Shown here: piece by piece, positions 20,960 through 31,511 of the stretch
Layout: every line of letters starts with the position of its first letter
Numbering within the stretch: the first letter of the stretch is position 1
From: Alphaproteobacteria bacterium
Lineage (GTDB): Bacteria; Pseudomonadota; Alphaproteobacteria; MPNO01; UBA830
NCBI GenBank assembly: GCA_965243135.1
Contig: OZ251539.1
Location: 3,936,001-4,000,000 of the forward strand
DNA: 64,000 bases
Reading direction: 5' to 3'
Made by a program: the position numbers and the translations under genes
The notes under the pieces: model-generated
What the model was told of the DNA's origin: nothing
The model's input: only the letters and a program-made list of their open reading frames with translations
Database searches by the model: none

Positions 20960-22869
20960 TCGTCGCGACCGCAGGGCACGTCGACCACGGCAAGACGCTG
21001 CTCGTCAAGGCGTTGACGGGAGTCGACACCGACCGCCTTCCCGAGGAGAAGAGGCGCAACCTGACCATCGACCTGGGTTTCGCCTACCTGCCGCTCGACG
21101 ACGCGGAAACCATCGGGTTCGTGGACGTGCCCGGGCACGAGCGGTTCATCCGCAACATGCTCTGCGGCGTCGCGGGAATCGATTTCGCGCTGCTTATCGT
21201 CGCCGCCGACGACGGACCGATGCCCCAGACCGAAGAGCATATCGCCATTCTCGACAAGCTCGAAGTGAGGCGCGGAGCCGTGGCGCTCACCAAGATCGAC
21301 CGCGTCCCGGAAGAGCGCGCCGCGGAAGCCGCGGAAGAAGCCGAGATCGCGCTCGCAGGCGCGACGCTGGAAAACGCCGAGATATTCCCCGTCTCCGCCG
21401 TCACGGGTCAGGGAGTGCCGGCTCTGAAGTCCCATTTGGCCGCCGCTGCGCGCGGGCTGCCGCGGCGCCCGGCGGCGGGCAACTTTCGGATGGCCGTCGA
21501 TCGCAGCTTCGAGGTCGTGGGCGCCGGACTCGTGGTCACGGGCACGGTGTTTTCGGGGACCGTCGCAACGGGCGACAAAGTCCGGGCCGGCGATATCGAG
21601 GCGCGGGTTCGCGGAATGCGCGCGCAGAACGCGCAGACCGACGAGGGACGCGCCGGCCAGCGCTGCGCCCTCAATCTCGTCGGCGCAGGCCTCGACAGAT
21701 CCCGCGTCGGACGGGGCGATTGGGTGCGCGCGGAAGAGGCGCCCGCGCCGGCGCGCAAGATCGACGTCCGTCTCGAAGCGCTCCGAAGCGAACGCCGGCC
21801 GCTCGCGCACTGGACGCCCGTGCACGTCCACCTCGGCGCGAGCGAGACCACCGGCCGGGTCGCGATCCTCGGCGGCGAACGGATTCCGCCCGGCGCCGAC
21901 TCGCTCGCTCAGCTGGTTCTCGACCGCCCCGTTCTCGCCGTTTGCGGAGACAGGTTCATCGTTCGCGACCAGTCGGCCCGTCGCACCGTCGGCGGCGGCC
22001 GGGTGATCGATATCTTTCCTCCGGCGCGCGGCCGCGCGCGGCCGGAACGCCTGGCGTTCCTGGACGCCATGGAAGAATCCGACGACGGCGTCGCGCTCTC
22101 GCGACTACTGGAACTCGCCGCGGACGGACTGAACCTCGACCGTTTCGCTGCCGCTCGCAACCTTTCGCCGGAAGACGGCGCTTCGCTCCCGACGCTCATG
22201 CCGATGAAGACCATCGCCTGCCGATCCGGAACGTTCGGCTTTTCGGAGGAGCGATGGGGCGCGGTCCGCGGCGCCGTCCTCGAAGGTCTCGCTGCATGGC
22301 ATCGGAAAAGGCCCGACTCGGTGGGGCCCGGCGAAAATCGCCTCCTCGCCGGCACGGGCGTCCGGCTCCCGCCGGACGCCGCGATGGTCGTCGGCGCCGC
22401 GCTCGCGCGCGAGGGAGCGGTCGTCAAGGAAGGCCTCGGCGTGCGGCTTCCCGCGCACCGGCCGAGCCTGCACGGAGCCGACGCGGCGAACTGGAAAAAA
22501 ATCAGACCGTTGCTTGACGAGTTGCGGCCGCCGGCGCTCGGCGAAATCGCGGCGGGCGTCGCGGGCGACGTCCGCAAGGTGGAATCGCTTCTGGTCAGGG
22601 CGGGACGGCACGGACTGGTCGTCAGGATCTCCAAGAACCGGTTTTTTCTTCCCGAAACGTTGCTCCGGCTCGGAGAGATCGCGGAGCGGGCAGCCGACGA
22701 CGACGGCAAGATAACGGCCGCCGCCTTCCGCGACGCTTCGCAGATCGGGCGCAATCTCACGATCGAGGTCCTCGAGTTTTTCGACAAGGTTAAATTCACC
22801 CGCCGCGTGGGCGATGGCCATGAGCTGATGCGGCCGGCCGCCGACGCATTTGGCGGCGAGCGGGATTGA
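20956..22869 (+). CDS. selB: Selenocysteine-specific elongation factor
   Basis: [23 protein letters not shown]-terminal winged-helix domains; ATGA overlap with selA. Confidence 0.96.
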   Translation: MIVATAGHVDHGKTLLVKALTGVDTDRLPEEKRRNLTIDLGFAYLPLDDAETIGFVDVPGHERFIRNMLCGVAGIDFALLIVAADDGPMPQTEEHIAILDKLEVRRGAVALTKIDRVPEERAAEAAEEAEIALAGATLENAEIFPVSAVTGQGVPALKSHLAAAARGLPRRPAAGNFRMAVDRSFEVVGAGLVVTGTVFSGTVATGDKVRAGDIEARVRGMRAQNAQTDEGRAGQRCALNLVGAGLDRSRVGRGDWVRAEEAPAPARKIDVRLEALRSERRPLAHWTPVHVHLGASETTGRVAILGGERIPPGADSLAQLVLDRPVLAVCGDRFIVRDQSARRTVGGGRVIDIFPPARGRARPERLAFLDAMEESDDGVALSRLLELAADGLNLDRFAAARNLSPEDGASLPTLMPMKTIACRSGTFGFSEERWGAVRGAVLEGLAAWHRKRPDSVGPGENRLLAGTGVRLPPDAAMVVGAALAREGAVVKEGLGVRLPAHRPSLHGADAANWKKIRPLLDELRPPALGEIAAGVAGDVRKVESLLVRAGRHGLVVRISKNRFFLPETLLRLGEIAERAADDDGKITAAAFRDASQIGRNLTIEVLEFFDKVKFTRRVGDGHELMRPAADAFGGERD

Positions 22870-22885
22870 GTTATTCTTCCGGCGC

Positions 22886-22980
22886 GGAAAGGAATCGTCT
22901 CCGGTGGGGCGCCCGGTCTTCAAAACCGGCGAGGGGCGTGAGACGTCCCTGGTGGGTTCGACTCCCACTCTTTTCCGCCA
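22886..22980 (+). tRNA. selC: tRNA-Sec (anticodon TCA)
   Basis: 8-bp acceptor stem GGAAAGGA/TCTTTTCC plus GCCA; anticodon arm CCGGT-CTTCAAA-ACCGG; long variable arm; GGTTCGACT T-arm; 95 nt. Confidence 0.96.
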
Positions 22981-23157
22981 GCGGACCTGACGAACGAAAC
23001 GGGTCGTTTCGGCGTTCCGTCGTTCGGCGCGACAAGATCCGCTTGGCCAGACACGACCCAAACCGAACTCCAGCGCGCTGGACGCGCTCCGTCGATCGAA
23101 GAACTCGCGCCTGCCGCGAACCGGACGCAAACCGGCGGCGACCGCCGACATCGCCGG

Positions 23158-23186
23158 TTGACGCCCGTCGTTCGGGCCGATAACGT
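23158..23186 (+). promoter_or_regulatory. Putative sigma70 promoter of the AhpD-like selenoprotein gene
   Basis: TTGACG-17 nt-TAACGT. Confidence 0.45.
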
Positions 23187-23219
23187 TTTCCGCGACATCA
23201 TGATACGGAGTGCGCCATC

Positions 23220-24338
23220 ATGACCTTCGACTATGCGGATTCGCCTTATCCGGTGCGTTCGGATCTCGTCGAGACGCATCGGCGGGCGTGGAATCGCCTG
23301 TCGGGCGCCGGAACGTGGCTCGCCGGCGAGCGGCGCGTCGCGATCATGGCCGAGACCCGCAACGCCCCCGGCTGCGCGTTCTGCGGCGAAATCAAGAACG
23401 CGCTTTCGCCCTTCGCCGTCCAGGGATCCCACGACAGCCTCGGCGAACTGCCCGACAACTGGGTCGACATGATCCACCGGATCGTGGCCGATCCCGGGCG
23501 CCTGACCCGCAGCTGGTACGATCGGACCCTCGCGAGCGGAATCTCCGACGCCGAATTCGTCGAAATCGTCAGCGTCGTCGCGCACGTGACGGCGGTCGAT
23601 ACCTTCGCGAAAGGGCTGGGCGTTCCGCTCCGTCCGCTGCCGGAATCGCGGGACGGCGCGCCCTCGCGCTACCGTCCGGCGGAAGCGCGCCAGCATCAGG
23701 CATGGGCGCCGAACATCGCCTGGAACGAGCACGGCCCGAACGAGGCCGATTATTTCGTCGGCCCGGAAGCCAACATTCGCCGCGCCCTCACGCTGGTTCC
23801 CGACGAGGCGCGGGGTTTCTTCGACCTCGCCAGCGCGCAGTATCTGGCCGGTCCGCAGATGCGCGATTTCAGCCGCGAGTTCCGCGCCATCACGCACGCC
23901 CAGATCGAGCTGCTGGCGGCGCGGGTTTCGGCGCTCAATCAATGTACCTACTGAACGACCAGCCATGTGGCAGTGCTCCGTGCGAGCGCAAAACATAGCG
24001 GACAGGAACTCGATTACAGGGCGGTCACCGGCGGCGCGGACGCGGGAGACACCGGCGTTCCGGCGGGCGATCGGCTGATCGCCTTCGCGGACGCCGTCAT
24101 CGACGGAGACGCGGCGCAGTTGGACGCGGCGCGGCGCGCGCTCGCGGACGCCGTCGGCGGCGAAGGGCTGGTGGACGCGGCCGGCGTGGCCGGTTTGTTC
24201 AACGCGATCGACCGGGTCGCCGACGCCACGGGCGCGCCGCTCGAAGACTGGAAACTCGAAGAGACCGAAGATATCCGCTCGGAGATCGGCATCGGCGAGT
24301 TCGCCGCCGCGAAGGCGGCGGTCGAACAGGCAGCCTGA
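23220..24338 (+). CDS. Alkylhydroperoxidase (AhpD/CMD)-related selenoprotein; Sec at TGA 23952-23954
   Basis: ELLAARVSALNQCTY-TGA-TTSH (CxxU..H) is in frame with ORF 23967-24338 (LIAFADAV..VDAAGVAGLFNAIDRVADATG). Confidence 0.85.
23973..23989 (+). promoter_or_regulatory. Putative SECIS hairpin
   Basis: GTGCTC-CGTGC-GAGCGC; loop G is 26 nt after the UGA. Confidence 0.6.
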
Positions 24339-24348
24339 CCGCGCGAAC

Positions 24349-24394
24349 CGCCGGCCCGCGGCGCGGGAACCGTTCCGCGCCGAGGTCCGGCGGC
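24349..24394. terminator. GC-rich hairpin between convergent genes
   Basis: CCGCCGG..CGGCGCGG GAAC/GTTC CGCGCCG..CCGGCGG inverted repeat; no U tract. Confidence 0.4.
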
Positions 24395-24398
24395 CCGG

Positions 24399-25847
24399 TT
24401 ACGCCGGCGCCGCGTCGGGCGGCTTTTCGAGCCGCGACGTTCGCAGCACGATCGCCTTTTCGGCCTGCAGGTCGCGGATCGCGCCGGCCACGGTGCCGGC
24501 TCCCAGACCCGAACTCCGCCAGCCGCCGAACGGAGTCCAGTCCGCCCGAAACGCCGCGTGATCGTTGACCATCACGGCCGACGCGTCCAATCCAGCCGCG
24601 ATTTCCATCGCCGCGTCGATATCGCGCGTGAAGACCGCAGCCTGGAATGCTGTCGGCAGTCCGTTGGCCAGCTCCAGCGCGTCCCGAACGCGGAACCAGG
24701 GCGCGACGCAGACGACCGGGCCGAACGTTTCTTCGGTCATCAAACGGCAATCCGGAGGCGGATTGAATATGACGGTCGGGGCGTAGAGCGTATCCGTCAG
24801 GGCCGCGCCGCCGGTCAGCAACTGCCCGCCGCCGTCGACCGCCTCGCGTACCCGCTCGTGCACGCGAGCCAGCTCGTCCGGACGGATGAGGGGGCCCATG
24901 TCGGTCTCCTCCAGCATCGGATCGCCCACCAGCAGGCCGGACGCCTTCATCGCGAGTTGGGTCGCGAAGCGCGTCGCCACGCGCGTATGGGCGAATACCC
25001 GCCGGACGGAAACGCCGCTCTGGCCGGCGTGCCGGAAGCAACCGGGCAGAAGCGCTTCGCGCACCTCGTAGATATCGATGTCGCCGGCGACGACGACGGG
25101 AGCGGCTCCGCCGTGGCCGAGCGCGCAACGCGCGCCGGGAGCGAGCTTGCTGCGCAGACGCCATCCGGCGTCCGATGGGCCGACGAAGGAAAAAAAGCCC
25201 GTGCGGGGATCGGCGGCCAGCGTCCCGGCCGCAGCTTCGTCGTCCGTCACGATGGCTTGGGCCCATCCCGTCGGCAACCCGGCCTCGGCGAGAATGTCGA
25301 GGAAAGCGAGGCAGGAAAGCGGCGTCTCGGCGGCGGGCTTCGCGACGACCGGACATCCCGCCGCGACCGCGGGCGCCGCCTGCTCGACAATCAGGCCGAA
25401 CGGGTCGCTGTATGCGCCGACCGCCGCAACCATTCCCACCGGCTCGCGCCGAGTGAAGGCCATGCGTTCGCCGGTCGGCCGACTCAGGTTCATCGGCAGC
25501 ACGTCGCCCGCGTCGTTCCGCATCGCGGCGACGCAAGCCTTCGCGATCTCCGCGGCGCGCGAGACCTCGGCCCTCGCGTCGCGCAGCGGCTTGCCGCCTT
25601 CCCGGACCACCAGAGTCGCCAGTTCGTTCAGCCGCTCTCCGATGATCCCGGCTGCGCGTTCGAGAACCGAAACCCGCTCGTAGAGAGGCAGCCACCGGTC
25701 CCGGTTCCTGAACAGGCCGTACGCGATCGACAGCGTCCGCTCGGCGTCATCGGGTCCATGGACGGCGAGCGTCTCGACCCGCGACAGGTCGTACGGGTTG
25801 ACCACCTCGAGGGTCGCGCCTGAAAAGGTTGCGTCGGCCGATGGCAT
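24399..25847 (-). CDS. Aldehyde dehydrogenase-family protein lacking catalytic residues
   Basis: REPVG, KPAAETPLS, EETFGPV present, but AGQSGVS (no Cys), LGHGG (no Glu), YSDP (no Asn). Confidence 0.85.
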   Translation of the reverse strand: MPSADATFSGATLEVVNPYDLSRVETLAVHGPDDAERTLSIAYGLFRNRDRWLPLYERVSVLERAAGIIGERLNELATLVVREGGKPLRDARAEVSRAAEIAKACVAAMRNDAGDVLPMNLSRPTGERMAFTRREPVGMVAAVGAYSDPFGLIVEQAAPAVAAGCPVVAKPAAETPLSCLAFLDILAEAGLPTGWAQAIVTDDEAAAGTLAADPRTGFFSFVGPSDAGWRLRSKLAPGARCALGHGGAAPVVVAGDIDIYEVREALLPGCFRHAGQSGVSVRRVFAHTRVATRFATQLAMKASGLLVGDPMLEETDMGPLIRPDELARVHERVREAVDGGGQLLTGGAALTDTLYAPTVIFNPPPDCRLMTEETFGPVVCVAPWFRVRDALELANGLPTAFQAAVFTRDIDAAMEIAAGLDASAVMVNDHAAFRADWTPFGGWRSSGLGAGTVAGAIRDLQAEKAIVLRTSRLEKPPDAAPA

Positions 25848-25988
25848 GGCGTCGTGAATCCGGATCGGGAATGCCGGTGCCTATCACGCTTCCGGCGAAC
25901 GCGGAAGCGCGGCGCGGTCGCCGCGCGTCCGGCGTTTTCCCTGCCCGCCAAATCCTCTAGAGTCGCAACGGGGCACAAGGAGCGCAGC

Positions 25989-27011
25989 ATGACCGGAGTC
26001 GAACGTGCGAACGGCCACAAGCCGGCGGGCCTTCCGCCTCTCTTTCATCCCGGGCTGGCGAAGGCGCCGCGGCCCGATCCGGCGTCCCTTTCCTACGATC
26101 TGAACAAGGCGCTTTCCGCGGTCGTGCCGTTGCAGGCGCGCGCTCCCGAGGACGCGTTTTCGGCCTCGTACCTTGGAACGGAGCGCGAGGGCAACGCCGT
26201 CCTGATCACCGACGACGGCCTGCTGTTGACCATCGGCTACCTGATCAACGAATGCGAACTGATCACGGTCGGCACCCGGATCGGCGGGGTCGCGCAAGCG
26301 CATGTCGTCGCCTACGACTACGAGACCGGGTTCGGGCTGATCCGCGCCACGAGCGACCTCGGCCTGCCGCATCTCGAACGAGGACGGTCGGCGGACGTGC
26401 GGGAAGGCAGCGTGCTTACCGTCGGCGCTCATGGCGGCGCCGCCCAGGCGCTGTCGGCGACGGTTTCCTCCGTGCGCGAGTTCGCGGGTTACTGGGAATA
26501 CCTGATACCGGACGCGATCTTCACCGAACCGCCGCACCCGATCTGGTCGGGCGCGGCGCTGATCGGCGAGGACGGAAAGTTGGTCGGCGTCGGCTCGCTG
26601 TTCGTGCAGGACCCCGAAAAGGACGACAGCGGCAAGCGCCCCGGAAACATGTTCGTTCCCGTCGACCTGCTCGAGCCGATATACGACGCGCTGGTGGGGA
26701 AGGGACGGATCGATCGCGCGCCGCGTCCCTGGCTCGGAATTTACACGGTCGAAACCGTGGGCCATCTACTGATCACCGCGGTGTCGGAACGCGGCCCGGC
26801 CGCCCGCGCCGGCGTCGAGCCGGGCGACGTCCTGCTCGCCATCAACGGCGAAGACGTCAAGGGCCTCCCGGACTTCTACCGCAAGCTTTGGAGATCGGGA
26901 GAAGCGGGAGTTCCGGTCGATCTCGCGCTGCTGCGGGACCGGCAGGTCATCGAGATCTCCGTCATCACCATCGACCGCGACAGGATCATGCGCAGCCCCA
27001 GTTCGCACTGA
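25989..27011 (+). CDS. S1C (trypsin-like + PDZ) protease-family protein
   Basis: EREGNAVLI..LLTIGYLI, FAGYWEYL, RPWLG, PAARAGVEPGDVLLAING (PDZ). Confidence 0.8.
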   Translation: MTGVERANGHKPAGLPPLFHPGLAKAPRPDPASLSYDLNKALSAVVPLQARAPEDAFSASYLGTEREGNAVLITDDGLLLTIGYLINECELITVGTRIGGVAQAHVVAYDYETGFGLIRATSDLGLPHLERGRSADVREGSVLTVGAHGGAAQALSATVSSVREFAGYWEYLIPDAIFTEPPHPIWSGAALIGEDGKLVGVGSLFVQDPEKDDSGKRPGNMFVPVDLLEPIYDALVGKGRIDRAPRPWLGIYTVETVGHLLITAVSERGPAARAGVEPGDVLLAINGEDVKGLPDFYRKLWRSGEAGVPVDLALLRDRQVIEISVITIDRDRIMRSPSSH

Positions 27012-27014
27012 CCT

Positions 27015-28196
27015 TCAATCCGCCATCGCGTCCTCGGGCTCCCATCGCCCCTCGCCCTCCAGCGACATCGCGGCGGGCATGACTTCGCGGGCGAACAGTT
27101 CCATCGAACGACGGGTCAAGTCGCTGGGCAACGACGCAATCTGGAACATCCCCAGCAGATAGCCGAGTCCCGCCTCGGCGTGGCACTCCGCGATCTTTCG
27201 CCGCACCGTGTCGGGACTCCCGACGATGACGACCTCGCGCTCCATCAGCGATTCGACGGTATGCGTCGACACCAGGCTGGACTTCGTCTTCAGCACCCGC
27301 TTGAAGGACGGGATGGACATGTAGCCGGGCGGCAGCAGCATTTCGGGCGTGTACTTGAGAAGCTTGTTGAAGAACATCTCCACGTGCGGACGGGCTTCGT
27401 CCACCGCCCGGCGATCGGTCTCGGCGACGTAGATCGGCGCGGCCCATCCGAGCTGGCCGGACGAAGCCGCATAACCGTAGTCGCGCGCCGTCCGTCGGTA
27501 GGCGTTATGGAACCGCACCACGTTCCGGAACGGCGAATAGGTCTGCAGATAGGTGTACCGGCGGGCCGGGTGCGCCGCCCATTCGATGGTTTCCCGAGAT
27601 CCCTGGCTGGGCACCCATATGGGCGGGTGAGGCTGCTGGAACGGCCGCGGCCAGACGTTGACGTATTCGAAATGGTAGTGACGCCCCTCGAACGCGAACG
27701 GCCCCTCTTCGGTCCAGGCGCGAACCACCAGATCGTGCGCCTCGTGAAAGCGCTCGTGGCTGAACGCCGGATTCGCGCCGAGCGAATAGTACTCGCAGCC
27801 CAAGCCTCGCACCATGCCGCTAATCAGCCGCCCGCCGGTGATGCAGTCGATCATCGCATGCTCTTCCGCCAACGTCGTCGGATGGTCGCGAATGCCGAAA
27901 GCGTTGCCGAGAATGGCGATCCTGACGCGCTCCGTGCGGCGCGCGAGCGCCGACGCCATCACGACCGGCGACGGCATCAGCCCGTAGGCGTTCTGGTGAT
28001 GCTCGTTGACGCAAACGCCGTCGAAGCCCAGCTCCTCGGCGTATTCGAGCTCGTCCAGATAGCGATTATAGAGCTCGTGGCCCTTCGCCGGGTCGAAATT
28101 GGCGTTGGAGTAGGTCACCCAGCACGTATCGTGATCCCGGTCGTAGTCCGGATCCAGATACGCATACGGCATCAGGTGGAAAAGAAAGACCTTCAT
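27015..28196 (-). CDS. LLM (luciferase-like) flavin-dependent oxidoreductase
   Basis: VNEHHQNAYG, AEEHAMID, WPRPFQQPHPPIW. Confidence 0.9.
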   Translation of the reverse strand: MKVFLFHLMPYAYLDPDYDRDHDTCWVTYSNANFDPAKGHELYNRYLDELEYAEELGFDGVCVNEHHQNAYGLMPSPVVMASALARRTERVRIAILGNAFGIRDHPTTLAEEHAMIDCITGGRLISGMVRGLGCEYYSLGANPAFSHERFHEAHDLVVRAWTEEGPFAFEGRHYHFEYVNVWPRPFQQPHPPIWVPSQGSRETIEWAAHPARRYTYLQTYSPFRNVVRFHNAYRRTARDYGYAASSGQLGWAAPIYVAETDRRAVDEARPHVEMFFNKLLKYTPEMLLPPGYMSIPSFKRVLKTKSSLVSTHTVESLMEREVVIVGSPDTVRRKIAECHAEAGLGYLLGMFQIASLPSDLTRRSMELFAREVMPAAMSLEGEGRWEPEDAMAD

Positions 28197-28202
28197 CGCC
28201 GC

Positions 28203-29372
28203 CTATTCCGCCGCGATGGCCTTCGCCGCGCCGAACTCCCGAACCGCGGGCAGCACCTCGGCGGCGAAGCGCTTCATGCTCGCGACCGTCGTTTCGTGGG
28301 CCATGGAGGCCACCTGGAACATGCCCAGGAAGGTGCCGATGCCGGCCTCGCGATGGCAGCGCTCGAGGCGCTTGCGAACCGTGTCCGGACTTCCGACGAC
28401 CACGATCCCGGTCTCCATTAGCTCCTCCACGGACCGCGCTTTCGAAAGCCCGCTCTTGTGCTTCATCACGTTCTTGTAGGATCGGAGGGTGAGATAGCCC
28501 GGCGGCAGCAGCATTTCCGGGGTCATGCGCAGGAACTTGTTGAAAAACGCCTCCATGTGAGGCCCCGCCTCCTCGACCGCCCGCTCGTCGGTTTCGCCGA
28601 CGTAGATGGGCGCCGCCCAGCCGACCTGCGAATCGGTCGAACGGTAGCCGTACTTTTCGAGCGCCACTTCGCGGTACATGTTCAGATACTTTCGCACGGC
28701 GTCGAACGGGCTGTAGGTCTGGAGATAGGTGTACTTGCGGTCGGGATGCGCCGCGAACTCGATCGTCTCGAGCGATCCTTGGGAAGGGCACCAGATCGGA
28801 GGATGGGGCTTGCTGTAGGGCCGCGGCCATACGTTGACGTACTCGAAATGATAGTGCTTGCCCTCGAAGGCGAACGGACCCTCCTCGGTCCACGCGCGAA
28901 CGACGAGGTCGTGCGCCTCGTGGAACCGTCCGTGGCTGAACGCCGGATTCGCGCCCATCGAGTAGTACTCCGCGCCGATGCCGCGCACCATGCCGCTGAT
29001 CAGCCGCCCGCCGGTGATGCAGTCGATCATCGCGTGCTCCTCCGCCAGCGTCAGCGGATGCGCGCGGATGCCGAAGGCGTTGCCGAGGATGGCGATCCGG
29101 GCTTTCGAGGTGCGCCGCGCGAGCGCCGACGCCATCACCACCGGCGACGGCATGAGCCCGTAGGCGTTCTGGTGATGCTCGTTGACGCACAGCCCGTCGA
29201 ACCCGAGTTCTTCGCCCATTTCCAGTTCGTCGAGGTACGTATTGTAGAGGCGATGCCCGACCTTCGGATCGAAATTGGAATTCGGGTAGATCACCCACGT
29301 CGCCTTGTACGTCTTGTCGTAATCCAGATCGAGGCTGGCGTAGGGCATGAGATGGAACAGAAAGCATTGCAT
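28203..29372 (-). CDS. LLM flavin-dependent oxidoreductase (tandem paralog)
   Basis: Same motifs; start MQCFLFHLMPY by alignment with the neighbour. Confidence 0.9.
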   Translation of the reverse strand: MQCFLFHLMPYASLDLDYDKTYKATWVIYPNSNFDPKVGHRLYNTYLDELEMGEELGFDGLCVNEHHQNAYGLMPSPVVMASALARRTSKARIAILGNAFGIRAHPLTLAEEHAMIDCITGGRLISGMVRGIGAEYYSMGANPAFSHGRFHEAHDLVVRAWTEEGPFAFEGKHYHFEYVNVWPRPYSKPHPPIWCPSQGSLETIEFAAHPDRKYTYLQTYSPFDAVRKYLNMYREVALEKYGYRSTDSQVGWAAPIYVGETDERAVEEAGPHMEAFFNKFLRMTPEMLLPPGYLTLRSYKNVMKHKSGLSKARSVEELMETGIVVVGSPDTVRKRLERCHREAGIGTFLGMFQVASMAHETTVASMKRFAAEVLPAVREFGAAKAIAAE

Positions 29373-29827
29373 GACATTCTTCCTCTCGCGATACCGCGAA
29401 ACCCTACAAAAGACTGCCAAGGTTGGCAATCGCCGCCGCCCGGACAAAACGGCGCGACGCGCGTCTCCCGGCGCCGGCATTTTCTTGCCAGGCGCCGTCG
29501 TTTCGCCAGATTCGCCGGGCGCGACCGTTTACCGCGAGGGCGGCGTCCGGAGGCTGGCCGCGAAAACAGCAGTCTCGGAGTTGAAAAATGCGCCTTTTTT
29601 CGCGCCCGAAGCGGGGAATTCCTTGCCCCCTGAAAGCCGTCGGCATACGCCGGAAACGGCGCAAGAGCGCACGCTGGGACATGTCACTGCCGGCCGCGCC
29701 TCCCTGCGACGCCGCCCCGTCAAGCCGCCGGCACGCAAGGCGGCGACCCGGCGGAAACGGCAGCCGCCCTCGACGAGGCGGCTCGACCGTTCGAAATGCC
29801 CGAACGGGACGTCGACGGTTGCCAGCT

Positions 29828-31361
29828 TCAGACGGTCTCGAACTCGAACCCGACGATGTTGCGCTCCTCCCGGCCGAACTCGATCCCGATCAGGTGGACC
29901 GGCACGCCCGGACGCCGGTACTTGTCCGCGTAGCCGCGCTCCCGAATCTGCGCCAGCGCCCGGCCTTGCGGCTTCCCGTCCGCGACCTTGAACTCGAACA
30001 GGTAGACGTCGCCGCCATGCAGGACCGCCAGGTCCGCGCGTCCGCGCGCCGTGCTCTCCTCGGCGCGGACGTCCATGCCCGCCGCCGCGAAATGCGAGTA
30101 GAACACGCTCGCGTAGTGGGCCCCCGCCATGCCCGTGTTCGCGTACCACTCGTTCGGAATGCTCGCCAGGAACGCCCGGAACAGATTCTCAAGGCCCGCG
30201 AAGTCGTTCGCCCGCATCAGGCGGCGCAACTCCCGGCTCTCCGCCGCGACCGCGACGTCCGGCGCCATCGCCTCCAGCAGGAGCGCGTTCAGGCTGCGCT
30301 TCACCTCATGGTTCGGGTAGTCCAGCCGGTAGGGGGGCGCGTCTTCGCCCCGCTTCTCGTCGGCGACGGTCAGGTAGCCGGTCTGGAACAGCAGCGCCTC
30401 GACGGGAATGCGGTCGACGTCGATGGCCGACAGCAGGTCGTCGTCCGCGAACATGCCCTCCAGAGCCGGCGCCGAGACCCGGCGCCGCGACAGAAGGTCG
30501 ACGAGGAAGGTCGGCGTGCCGGTCTGGAACCAGTACGGGCGGAATCTGCGCTTGTCGAACAGCAGCAGGATGTCGTGCGGGTTGTAGACCCTCTCCGGCC
30601 CGAGCCAGTTGTAGCCGTTGTACCAGCGGCGGACCTCGTCCCGGTCCAGGCCCTCGAGTTCAGGGGCGAAGACCGCGTCCAGCTCCGCGTCCGTGTAGCC
30701 GCAGATGTCGCCGTAGCGCTCGTCCAGCGTGATGTCGTTCAGGTTGTTCAGGCCCGAGAACAGGCCCGCCTGCGAGAACTTGCTCACCCCCGTCAGGAAA
30801 ACGAAACGGAGCTGCTCGTCGCACTCCTTGATCATCGCGTAGAAGCCGCGCAGGAAGTCGCGGTTGGCCGCCGCCAGTTCCCGGTCGTCGAGCGCGTCCA
30901 GGATCGGCTTGTCGTACTCGTCCACCAGCACGACCGCTCGTTGCCCGGTGCGCTCGTGCAGCGTCCTTATCAGGCGCCGGAAACGGATCGACGCCTCGGC
31001 AGATCCCGGTTCGACGCCGGCCAGCCGCTCCGTCTCTTCCAACTGGTCTTCCACATCTTTTCGAACGAAGTCCGGGCTGTCGAAATTGCCGCCGCCGAAG
31101 CTGATCCGCACGACGGCGCGCCGACCAGTCCCACTCGTCGTGCACGGCGAGGCCCCGGAACAACTCCTCCCTCCCCTCGAACAGCTTCTGCAGCGTGTCC
31201 ACCAGGAGGGTCTTGCCGAACCGGCGCGGACGCGACAGGAAATAGTACCTGCCTCTCTCGACAAGGCGGCGCACATGGTCCGTCTTGTCGACGTAGTAGC
31301 AGTCCAGCTCCCGGATCGTCCGTAGGGAGGAAATGCCGGTCGGAAGCATGCGTTTCGCCAT
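29828..31361 (-). pseudogene. AAA-ATPase-like + PD-(D/E)XK (DUF1703/PDDEXK_9-type) protein, copy 1, frameshift near 31120
   Basis: YYVDKT, SRPRRFGKT, VDEYDKP, FLTGVSKFS, WYNGY, GRADL..LFEFK. Confidence 0.85.
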
Positions 31362-31367
31362 TCGCGC

Positions 31368-31396
31368 AGAGTAGGCCGCCATGCCGGAGCCGTCAA
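31368..31396 (-). promoter_or_regulatory. Leaderless sigma70-like promoter repeated before each array copy (also 33060-33088, 34848-34876, 36879-36902, 38659-38687)
   Basis: TTGACG-17 nt-TACTCT/TACCCT-6 nt-ATG with no SD; copy 4 spacer is only 12 nt. Confidence 0.65.
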
Positions 31397-31511
31397 GGAG
31401 GGGCGGAGTCCGCCGGCCGAACGCCGGGTCGGGGTTCCCGCGGCGCGTCCCGCCGACGCCTTTCGCGGAGTCGCCGCCTGCGTCCGAACGGGACGTCGAC
31501 GGTTCCCGGCT

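Noticed and set aside
22886-22980. selC as an integration site
   Set aside because: No integrase and no duplicated tRNA 3' end noticed in the window.
19568-22980. Absence of selD as a sign of a broken Sec pathway
   Set aside because: selD is often unlinked; cannot be judged from one window.
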